This document shows, piece after piece, positions 53,700 to 64,000 of a stretch of 64,000 nucleotides of DNA. The notes under the pieces are model-generated. The model did not search any database, was not told the DNA's origin, and saw only the letters and a program-made list of their open reading frames with translations. The stretch is from Octopus sinensis (lineage: Eukaryota), in the NCBI RefSeq assembly GCF_006345805.1, contig NC_042999.1, forward strand, positions 20,460,001-20,524,000. Reading direction: 5' to 3'. Position numbers and translations under genes: made by a program. How positions within the stretch are numbered: position 1 is the first letter of the stretch; each line of letters opens with the position of its first letter.

Positions 53700-54290
53700 A
53701 GGGGGATGGCATTTAAAATTTGATTCATATAGAGTGTCGGTTACTCTAGGGATGATCATTCTTGTCGCATTCACTTTGATTTCCTCGACGACCTCAAATC
53801 TTCTTTCTTTCAAGCGGGATTTGATATTTTCAAAGAAGAAAAAGTCGCAACGTAGCTAGAGCTGTGGAATACGATGGCTGTCGGACCTGTGAGATGTTGT
53901 GCCTAGCCAAAAACCGCTGCACAAACTGTGCTGATGGAGCAGGTGCGTTGTAAGTTGAAAGCAGTTTTTGCACAAACTTGGCAGATACACATCTCGGACT
54001 GAAATGAACTAATCTGCACATCCTCTGACAACTCACAGATGGTGATTCAATGATTTTCCCCTCACAGCTGCGCACACATCTGTGATGTTTTGCTCAGTTC
54101 TGTTGGTTGCGGCTCTCCCAGAACGTTCGTGACTATCGACATTTTTTTACTCATACACTCCTCTCCATACGCTTCCTATAAGATTACGTAGGCTTCTGAG
54201 TAGGTATCGCTAAGATTTTGGCAAAATTTGATGTAGATTTCTAGTCAATGTGACGATCCCAGTCTACAAACTTTCCTTCCATGCTCAGTT
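53700..54290 (-). pseudogene. Internally deleted mariner (DD34D) transposase remnant
   Basis: IKFCQNL..EAYGEECMS, HERSGR..RTEQNI, VSAKFVQKLL joined directly to NAPA..FLARHNI..RQPSYS..LA; RFEVVEEIKVNAT. The region between the HTH and the second catalytic Asp motif is missing. Confidence 0.85.
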
Positions 54291-55764
54291 GCAAACGGCG
54301 GAACAGAGATAGGACATTTTCAAGTGATATATGTCATATGCCTGTTGCTCACCTAATTATTGCTGTATGTGACCAAAATCTTTTGCTGGTTCCTGTTAAT
54401 ATGATGAGCTCTCAAATGTTAAAAAAGGCTTCAAGTATCACTACAAGGGGTTTACTCTGTTATATCAATCCCAGTTCTTATTTTATCTATCATTAATACC
54501 AAAAGACTAATATATTGTTTCCATTTACTTTTATTCTCACGGGGAAGGATACACCTATTTAATTAAAAAATATTGAGACATGCTTCAGAAGTCATATATT
54601 TGTTGCAATATAATCTCAGAACCTGCCAATGTATAGGTCGCAATGTGTATTTATTGTTACTTGAGTTTATTGTGTGGAGTATTTCAGTGTCTATGGATGC
54701 ATAAACATGAACCGATAAAATAGACGCTGTTAATGTTCAGAATCAAACCTGTAAGCAGAACATGAGCAAAGAAAAGATTTTATGTTTTCAGTTTGGGGAG
54801 GAGGAAGTTGAGACTTTTAGGAGTAATCCACAGGAAATTGGGATACGTTGCTATTTTTTCTTGGTGTGGTTTCAGACCAGTTTTTACCAAGCTAGTATTA
54901 CGATGTGGATATTGTCAACTGAGAAATTAATTGCACGAGAAAACTTCTACTTATATGTTGAACTAGCAATTATCAAAACAAATTATCCTAAAGTCTTTCA
55001 AAATGGCTAATTCTGAAGGTAATATTGGAAAAGAAGGAACCGTAGCCATGGCTAGAATGTTGGTCAAACGATGGATACTTGAAACCCGAATATGATTTCC
55101 GTCCGTATGCTTAGATTAGGTGGTATAACATATTAAGTCAGAGATGTAGAGAAATCTTTCTATTTATTCATTTATTTGTATGGAATGGCTTTCACAGAAG
55201 AGCGAGGTCAGCAACCGTAAACTTATTCAAGCTCATGTTTCTATAAAGGAACAAGGGAGAAATTTATCTGCATATTTGAAATGATGCCCGAGTACATTGA
55301 ACTGCATTGATTCCGCTAAAGGCACCCAAGGAAAAAAAATGTGATTTCAGGTTGTGAAAAGATACAAAACTTCAGCATTAATTACAAAAAAGCGCCAATA
55401 AGTGAATCTTGCCAAATAGCATCCTCGGCTTCAAACTAAAATCCTTAAATCCATTATAATATTTTTTTCACTTTTTTATTCAATAAAGTCCACCTACTAA
55501 TTTCTGTAGCTAATACCGTTGAATGCAATTCCTGAAATCCCCATAATGCAGCCGCTTTAAATACCTTTAAATGTGGCCTCCTGCTAATTTGCATACATCT
55601 ATCGACGCCATGTTGATAACAATCAGTAGATCTCTAGTTGATAATACCACTTAAAATATTCTGCACTCCATTTAGTATATTCTCACTAGGATTCCTGCAT
55701 CATTATAGATTAAGTTATACGTTCCTACGTGTATCCATACATATATATATGTATGGATACACGT

Positions 55765-55826
<62 letters not shown>

Positions 55827-55941
55827 TATATATGTATGTGTGTGCACGTGTGTGTGTGGATATATGTATATATGTGTGTGCGTTTATATATAGATATGCA
55901 TGCATGTGTACTTATGTGTGAGTATCTGTAAATATCTGTGC

Positions 55942-55999
<58 letters not shown>

Positions 56000-56759
56000 A
56001 TGTGTGTGTGTACGTATATGTATATATCCGCCTATATATAAGTTTGTGCATGTGTGTGTGTATTTATAAACATATACGCACACACATATGAACAGCATGT
56101 GCATGTCCTATAATATCTGCTACATATAATGGCTTATACATATATGCGTGCATGCTTGTATATGTGTACGATTGTGTGTGTGTGCGTGTATGTGTGTGTG
56201 TGTGTTTGTGTGTGTTTCTGTGTGTGCGCAAGCTTGTATATTTTAGAAAAACACACAGGGAGCTTTGTGGCGCAATTAACTTATCTAAGTGGGGTATCTT
56301 CCCAATAAAAGTGCATAAAGACCCAACAGCTGATTGTTACTATAACTCAAAGAATGATCATTAAATACGACGCAGAAAGTATTTATACATTTATACACAA
56401 GTTAACAAGCTCATAATATGCACGTGCGTGTACATTTTTGGCGCTATCCACTTCATCACCAACTGTTGAGCTAAAAAATTGTTGTACAGTGTGCGGCAGA
56501 AATTCCTCTCACGTTTGAAAGGTTGACAAAAGGAAAAAAAAAACAAACATTTATGAAAAATCAATTTTGTGTAGTTTAAATAAAGGGCTACAGGTTTTGT
56601 TCATTAGTTAAATGAAAGCATCATTGGCACTTGGATAAGTTCATTAGCAACACGTAAGTGAAAGCCTAAAATGTGGGAGGTATTTCTGTCGCACCCTGTA
56701 CATTTACCCACACACGTAGCATTCTTGACATCAAGGTTTTGTGGCACACAGACAGAGAT

Positions 56760-56762
56760 CGG

Positions 56763-56836
<74 letters not shown>

Positions 56837-57045
56837 TATGGATGGATGGATGGATGGATGGATGGATGGATAGTTAGATAGATATGTTTCTTTATTAGCG
56901 ACACAGGGCTGAACACAGAGAGGACAAATTGCAAAGTAGAGCTTTTCTTTTGGGGGAGAAAAAAAAAGGTGGGTAGATTTTCGATCAAAAGGGATCGCAG
57001 AAAAAAAACCCATCAGTAGGGATCGTGTATCCCAGAAATGCCATG

Positions 57046-57112
<67 letters not shown>

Positions 57113-57155
57113 CAGATAGATAGATAGATTGATAGATAGATAGATAAATAGATAG
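56760..57155. repeat. (GATA)n/(GGAT)n arrays flanking a ~160 bp insert with a SINE-B-like tail
   Basis: GATA tracts at 56760-56885 and 57045-57155; insert contains TTTCTTTATTAGCGACACAGGGCTGAACACAGAGAGGACAAA. Confidence 0.85.
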
Positions 57156-57349
57156 AGTATACATATTCCTTCTACGATCAGCACAAGACCTGGAATTATG
57201 GGAGAAAATATCTAGTCTACTATAGCTCAGTAGTCTACTGGTGCTTATTGACATTGTGTTCCGGCCCCAAAAGGCTGAAAGGTCATGTCAACCGTGGCGG
57301 AATTTGAATTCAGAGGGTAAAAAGTGACAAAATGCCGGTAGTCAATTAC

Positions 57350-57389
<40 letters not shown>

Positions 57390-57617
57390 TATATATATAT
57401 GTATGTATGTATGTATGTTTCAGTATATCTATACAATTGTGCCGCAAAGATTGATTTTTCATAACCTTGAGAGAATTAAATATTACTTATCAACAAATAT
57501 GCTTCAGGTCATGAAGATTCTGATTAAATTGGAATTCATTGTGAAAACCGTTTTACTCTAAAGGAGTTTTAGGGAGAATTCCCACCATTGGGCTTTGTTA
57601 TGCATGTATATATATAT

Positions 57618-57654
<37 letters not shown>

Positions 57655-57700
57655 GAAAAAACAACTATATATATCAACTCGTGTGTTCCTTTTCACCCTT

Positions 57701-57735
<35 letters not shown>

Positions 57736-58026
57736 TGTATGTATGTATATACGTGAGTGTATACGTGTTGTTTTAATAATATTTTTATACACGAACATAT
57801 ACACATAACAAAAACTTGTACACCGTCGGTTACGACAATCACAAGTATCCAAAACATTTCACCACCCTTTCAACTTCATTTTTCCTCTTAAAAAAAGACT
57901 TTCATTTACTTGAACTATACGTCGTACCACTGCACGGCTGTCTGTCTGCTAATATTGCTCATGGATATGCAGCATGTCACTGGCATTTCACATATAAAGT
58001 CCAAGATTATGTGTAAAAGTGTGAAG

Positions 58027-58134
58027 ATCGTCAATTGACTTTCTTCCGTAAAAGTATTAAAAAGAATATTTGAAAACTATAAAGAGAAACGAATGGTAGA
58101 ATCGGACTGTCGGTATTTTAAAACCACGAATTAA
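58027..58134 (+). pseudogene. Possible Penelope GIY-YIG C-terminal remnant
   Basis: IVN*LSSVKVLKRIFENYKEKRMVES resembles the PLE motif H.IDW...KIL....N...R...ES; 160 bp upstream of an intact HHR on the same strand. Confidence 0.45.
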
Positions 58135-58293
58135 CAAAAATAAAAAAGAACAGGGGGAGATTTTTCTATTTTTGCATAATCATATCAATTTTATTATGCA
58201 GAAGACAGAATCGAAAAAATTTGTTAAATTCGTAAAAATACAAATGGTTATGAGGGGTTTTAGTACGAGCATGCATCATAATTCCGAACGATG

Positions 58294-58363
58294 GCCAGAT
58301 AACTGAAGAGATGGTGGATTTGATTTCCACCTCAGCATCCGAAACTCGCAGTTTTATCTTGGC
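58294..58363 (+). ncRNA. Type I hammerhead ribozyme motif, canonical core, GUU triplet
   Basis: GCCAGATAA-CTGAAGA(58303-09)-GATG-GTGG..CCAC..CATC-C-GAAAC(58341-45)-TCGCA-GTT(58351-53)/TTATCT-T-GGC. Stem I 6+3 bp; predicted cut after 58353. Confidence 0.75.
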
Positions 58364-58739
58364 TACAGAATAATTGTCACATATTACATTTACAGATAAA
58401 TTCCTCTATTTACGTAATATCGAGGTCTCTTTCTTTCTTTTCTTATCTTACCGTTTATATATATATATATATATATATATATTAATAAAAGGAATTCCAA
58501 CCTTGTCTGATTTTCACGTTTTATTTACAATCTTATAATGATATAATATAATATAATATAATATAATAAAATAAAATAAAATAGTAGAATGTTAAATGTT
58601 CATTCTGATTGAACTAGTACTTTCATGCATTAAATTATCCAATCTTCAGGTTCATGTAATAGTGGTGACAGTCATGCTTCACAATTTTTGTCTGTAGCGA
58701 GATGGTTAAATATGTGCCTTAAATACACCTGCGTGGGCT

Positions 58740-58835
58740 CCAGATTGGTAGGTTTTGCAAACTGTATTGTGACCAATCAGTGCGTAACATCACTCAATTA
58801 CTTAAGCTGATTGGTTGGTTTAGGCGTCACGCTTT
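58740..58835. promoter_or_regulatory. Cluster of three CCAAT boxes plus a CRE-like half site
   Basis: ATTGG 58744, CCAATCAG 58773, CTGATTGG 58807, GCGTCAC 58824 in non-repetitive DNA; no transcript evidence. Confidence 0.25.
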
Positions 58836-59814
58836 GTTGAACATGTCAAGTGACCTGTATCTTAACCCTGGCCGAGGCAGCAATTGTTGTTTTTCCTTTA
58901 GTTTTTTATTACTCTTCTCCATCATTACGATCAAAATTCATAACGAGGCCTTTCGCGGTTCCCCTAGAGGATCTTTTCAGCTCACTCTAGTATATATATA
59001 GATATATGTGTGTGTGTGTGTATGTGTATTTGTGTGTGTGTGTGTGTGCATGTGTGCATGCATGTGTGTGTAAGTGGGTTGGGGGTACATGGAGAGGTAA
59101 ACAATCATCGAAACGTTACCCATTAAAACAGCGACCTTGTTCACAATTCACCTTTATTTATTGTGTCGTTTGTATGTTGAATGCTCAACTCTGCTCAGCC
59201 CGCTCAACTCTGTTGATAATGTTTCCACGAAGACTCCAATCTGATGGTTATATAGACCTTGGAAGACAACATTCTAAATGACTGTGTATGTGATTTGACT
59301 TTTTTTCATAGCTTCAAACTAAACCTTTCTGAATCTAAAATCTATCATTCCAATGACATTTAAACAATTCTCAGCCTTATCATCAGACCGAAATGCTGGT
59401 GTTAAAGACATGCTGATAGCGTACTTTGTTGTATGTAAATCGTAAACGTTCTCAAGAAGATATTTCCAACAGCTAAAAGAACGATGTGGAGGGCGCATTT
59501 AAAAAATCATAAGACTATCAATCTCTGCTGCAGTTCATGTCTTGACCTAGGTATGATGTATCACTTTCTTGACGTACTAGCATTTGGATTTTTTCTAATT
59601 CTGCAGAAATTTTCAGGGCATTCTATTTGTTTTCAATCTAATCTTATTTCAGTTAAAGAATTTTAATAACAAGCGATGTCTTCCTGCTTTAAATGCACTC
59701 TCAAACGACGACAAAGTAATATATTTATGTGTTCGGTGTACTGTATGAACTTACTGACTCTCATACTTTCGGGGTCTGTAAAATGCGTACTAGCTGAACA
59801 CTGGGGTCAATATA

Positions 59815-60045
59815 TATTTCTTTACTACCCACAAGGGGCTAAACACAGAGGGGACAAACAAGGACAGACAAACGGATTAAGTCGATTACATCGACCCTAG
59901 TGCGTAACTGGTACTTAATTTATCGACCCCGAAAGGATGAAAGGCAAAGTCGACCCCGACGGAATTTGAACTCAGAACGTAACAGCAGACAAAATACGGC
60001 TACGCATTTCGCTCGGCGTGCTAACCTTTCTGCCAGCTCGCCGCC
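59815..60045 (-). mobile_element. SINE family B, full length
   Basis: Reverse complement of 45167-45397. Confidence 0.9.
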
Positions 60046-60832
60046 TGGAGTCAATATATTAGTCTTACCCATTCCCCGAAATCCGTGGACCTTTTATCAA
60101 GATTTGAAGGCAATATTGCCGACTACACTGCTTGCACATATTTCAGGTCCTGCTCCTCAGTTAAAATCCAGTGCTACCAATATAGAAAAGGGCGCCTGAA
60201 TAAATTGCAATACAGCCCTGCAGGATTCGAAGTGTAAGTATTCCAACTTGGCTAAAAAACATTGACGATTTCGAATCCATACACAGTCATTTAGCATTTT
60301 GTCTTCCAAGGTCAATATATACATCTGATTGGAGACTACGCACGAACACTATCAACAGAGTTGCGCATTCAACATGCAATCAATATACTCTTGGTGATTT
60401 TCATCCCAAGAAAAACCTGCCCCTTTTTAAAACAAAACTAGCATGCCGCTGGGTGAAACCTAGCCAATTAGCTGCATGTTCACAAACGAAAATCTTTAGA
60501 TCCATTATTGCTCTTGCATGATAACCATTTTTTTTCTTCTTTCGCTTACAGCTCGATGCCATAAATACCGCCCACTGATTTCAATAGGCTAATGACCTGG
60601 GATGAAATTGCCGAAATCCCTATTATCAAGACACATAATTAATTTTGAACATAAATTTCAATTGGAACTCCTGTTAATTTATATGTGTTTATTGGCATTT
60701 TTTTTTTATTGCAACATCGAATCTGCAGTCATTTATCATTCCTGCCATTATCACTACGAAATTTGCGTCATTAAAGTTTTGTCTATTTTGTAGTCTATCA
60801 GTAACATATATTTAAATACAAACCACATATAT

Positions 60833-60876
<44 letters not shown>

Positions 60877-60886
60877 TATATAAATG

Positions 60887-60917
<31 letters not shown>

Positions 60918-61129
60918 ACATGTGTGTGTGTATGTGTGCGTGTGTAAACTTTGTTAATGATTTGTGGTGTATAAATTGAACAGGAAGGTATAATGTTGCT
61001 ACATAATGAAAACATAACACATATCACCTAGAATTCCTAACAGTAGCCAAGCTGCAAGCTGCATGCCGTGTTTGGTCTGTGTATATTGTGTTGTGACAAT
61101 TAAACATGATATAACATAGCTCAATAATC

Positions 61130-61176
<47 letters not shown>

Positions 61177-61208
61177 GTGTGTGTGTATGTGTGTGCATAC
61201 ATACACGT

Positions 61209-61500
61209 GGAGGCGCAATGGCCTAGTAGTTAGGGTAGTGGACTCGCGGTTTCGATTGCCAGACAGGCCGTTGTGAGTGTTTTTTGAGCGAAAAGAACCC
61301 TAAAGTTCCACGAGGCTCCGGCAGAGAGTGGTGGCGATCCATGCTGTACTCTTTTGCCACACTTTGTCTCACTCTTTCTTCTGTTGGCCTGCTCGCTTAG
61401 CCAGTGGGATGGCGTCATTTGAAGGCTAAAACAACGCGAAGCACATTGTGACCAGCGATGTGTAGCAACATCTGATAGCCTGGTCGGTCACGGTGATCAC
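61209..61500 (+). mobile_element. tRNA-derived SINE family C (tail type 3)
   Basis: Head and central segment as 5733-6106, but tail ATTTGAAGGCTAAAACAACGCGAAGCACATTGTGACCAGCGATGTG. Confidence 0.82.
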
Positions 61501-61790
61501 ATACACACATACATACATATATACATAAATATGCATACCCGCACATAAATGTATATTTATATATGAGCATGTTTGTCATATGAGAGAGATTTAACTCTGC
61601 TAACTCTCTCTCTATGTAATTTTTATTCCAATCTCTCACTCCCTCTCTCCTGCTCTCTCTCTCTCTCTCACTATGTCTCCCTGTCCCCCTCCCTCTTTTT
61701 CTCTCGCAGTCTCTGTGTGATGTAAAGCATCACTAGAGAAAAATAACCCAACCAGCCAACATTTATATACGCTAATATCATATATGCAAA

Positions 61791-61877
<87 letters not shown>

Positions 61878-61966
61878 TAATCCAAACATGAACACACAGA
61901 GAAAACACAACACGCGAGGACGAGAACAAATAAAGTATTATTGGACGCTCAGGAAGAGAGAAGGAG

Positions 61967-62001
61967 GTATAACGTTTCGAGCGGAGCTCTTCGTCGGAAA
62001 A
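61967..62001 (-). ncRNA. Minimal hammerhead motif, CCGACGA family (element ~61875-62070), stem I eroded
   Basis: TTTT-CCGACGA-A-GAGCTCCGCTC-GAAAC-GTT/ATAC. Confidence 0.5.
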
Positions 62002-62068
62002 CACAGAGAAGGAAAGATCCAGAGAAGGAAAGACAGAGGAAAAAAATCGCCAACGGTACACACGCGGT

Positions 62069-62110
<42 letters not shown>

Positions 62111-62164
62111 CATGGTGGGGGGAAGTCCAGATAGAAAATGCTAAAATAATTTATAAAAAAATTT

Positions 62165-62200
62165 CAGTACCGGTTTCAGTCATTGAGCCTTTTTCAACTG
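62165..62200 (-). ncRNA. Minimal hammerhead with compensatory U3-A8 core (UUGAAAA)
   Basis: CAG-TTGAAAA-AGGC-TCAAT-GACT-GAAAC-CG-GTA/CTG. Stem I CAG/CTG, palindromic ACCGGT stem III, GUA triplet; one stem II mismatch. Confidence 0.55.
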
Positions 62201-62392
62201 TAAGTATGGAAAAAAATTAAATTTAGAAAAATTATAAGAAAAGATTTTTTAAAGAATATTTGCATAGTGTTCAAATGCAAGCGGTATTTTCCTTGTTTCT
62301 GCCTGTCATTGTGTCTCTTGTTTACTCTCGTGTGTTCAAGGTCGTTGTGAATTCTTGGTGGGGAGAGAAGAATCGCCTCGTGATATATGTTA

Positions 62393-62495
62393 GTCCTCGG
62401 CTTTTCTGCTGATGAGGCAGCACCAGTGGTAAATAAATTAATTAAATTAATTCATTTACAAATGATTGCCGAAACTATGCATAGTCCAGAAGGAC
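62393..62495 (+). ncRNA. Full-length canonical type I hammerhead ribozyme motif
   Basis: CTGATGA 62409-15; stem II GGCA/TGCC closing a long AU hairpin; GAAAC 62471-75; stem III ACTATGCATAGT; GTC 62484-86. Stem I TTCTG/CAGAA plus GTCC/GGAC with a 7-nt bulge. Confidence 0.85.
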
Positions 62496-63289
62496 AGGGT
62501 AAACGTTTTTATTTCTCTTTGCATTTCAGAATTACTACTATTAGTGGTTTGGAGTTTGGCTGCTCTTTCTAGTGAGTCGGATGTCATATTATGGCCACCC
62601 TTATATGTTTGAATGTATATTATATAGTCTATTGACTATTTTTTCTTTCTCACGGAGAATTTTTCTAGAATTTTTTGCTACCCTAAAATTTATTAATATA
62701 CATACATATGTATATATATATATGCATACATATGTATATATATATATACATGTGTGTGTGTATGTGTGTGTGTGTGTGTGTGTTCGATTGTTCGATTGTC
62801 AGAATCGCTAGAGAATGTAATAGAAATCTTTTCGCTAGTCGCTTCTGTCATCTGTGCGATATCAATAGGGCCTATTCTTCCCTCAATTCCTGTCTTTATA
62901 TCTCTCCCACCCTTTTCCACTTTCCTCTTCCACCATCCTTCCCTCTTTCCGTCATCATAGCATATACTACACAAAGCTGCGCAGCCTTACACTGGCTGCA
63001 GTATTTTATCGCCAAATCTAAGAAGTATACTCATTTGCACTGAATTGCGATAAAGTTTTCCACTGAAATTCCAACCACATTATCAACCGGCGAGCTTAAA
63101 ATGCCTGAAATCTAAGGTGACCATAATTCCTATCGTGCCTCAAGTAAAAAGGCAGAACCATTTCCTAAACTTTCTTGTAGTACTGCGCTAGCCTGAGAAC
63201 CGCCTTTGTTGTCGGCATTAGCTGCCGGATATACAATCTAATATATAGCATAATATAACATGAAAGGGCAATGTTAAAAAATCTTAGCG

Positions 63290-63470
63290 TAGGAGTAGCT
63301 GTGTGGTAAGTGGCTTGCTTATCAACCACATGGTTCCGAGTTCAGTCCCACTGCGTGGCACCTCGGGCAAGTGCCTTCTACTATAGCCTCGGCCTCGGGC
63401 GGACAAAACCCTGTGAGTGGATTTGGTAGACGGAAACTGAAAGAAGCCCGTCGTATATATGCATAATAAT

Positions 63471-63566
<96 letters not shown>

Positions 63567-63780
63567 ATGTGTATGTTTGTGTGTCTGTTTGTCCCTCTAA
63601 CATCGCTTGACAACCGATGCTGGTGTGTTTACGTCCCCGTAACTTAGCGGTCCGCCAATGAGACCGGTAAGAATAAGTACTGGGCTTCCAAAGAATTAAG
63701 TCCTGGGGTCGATTTGCTCTACTAAAGGCGGTGCTCTAGCATGGCCACAGTCAACTGACTGAAACAAGTATAAGAGTCAT
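63290..63780 (+). mobile_element. SINE family A with expanded internal microsatellite
   Basis: Colinear with consensus; internal TA/TG tract ~63452-63585. Confidence 0.9.
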
Positions 63781-64000
63781 CGTAATAAGTACGAATCTTA
63801 TTTTGAAATCAATTATTTATTGATCCCGTATACTTGATGTATTTTCTAATGCGTTCGGTTTAACAATTTTATCTGTTTAATTATTTTTCTTGAAATATAA
63901 TTATTTAAATACGCATAATAACTTTTATATGGCTGTCACTACAACAGAGCAAAGTATCACCCCACGATGTGATGTGAGATTAGAAATTTGAATTTGAAGT

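Noticed and set aside
55585-55615. Octamer ATTTGCAT plus CGCCATGTT (YY1-like)
   Set aside because: Short motifs are expected by chance in 64 kb; no snRNA gene or other support nearby.
59370-59666. SSDRNAG / IFPTAKR..H peptides resembling a MULE transposase
   Set aside because: Motifs are in different frames, lack the conserved Cys/spacing, and no TIRs were found.

Overview
AT-rich, gene-poor eukaryotic DNA dominated by (TA)n/(TG)n/(GATA)n/(CAT)n microsatellites and interspersed repeats. The SINE families match my recollection of octopus repeats, so a coleoid cephalopod origin is inferred, not proven. No complete protein-coding gene can be supported: almost all ORFs in the track are translations of microsatellites or SINEs, and only a few low-confidence candidate exons remain. 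Recognisable content: about 35 copies of 3-4 tRNA-derived SINE families; decayed Tc1/mariner, hAT, R4/Dong, CR1-like and Penelope (GIY-YIG) coding remnants; several MITEs; a Helentron-type element; and two ~1.1-1.2 kb tandem duplications that may be assembly artefacts. The main discovery is at least 13 type I hammerhead-ribozyme (HHR) motifs from about 7 unrelated short repeat families. Almost all are flanked by (TA)n-type arrays, and twice they are chained as trains of three different families (13255-14290 and 61875-62700). They range from fully canonical (62393-62495, 58294-58363) to family-fixed non-canonical cores (U4C, compensatory U3-A8, A6U). Two lie just downstream of Penelope endonuclease remnants, pointing to microsatellite-targeting Penelope-derived ribozyme elements. 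Catalytic activity is untested.
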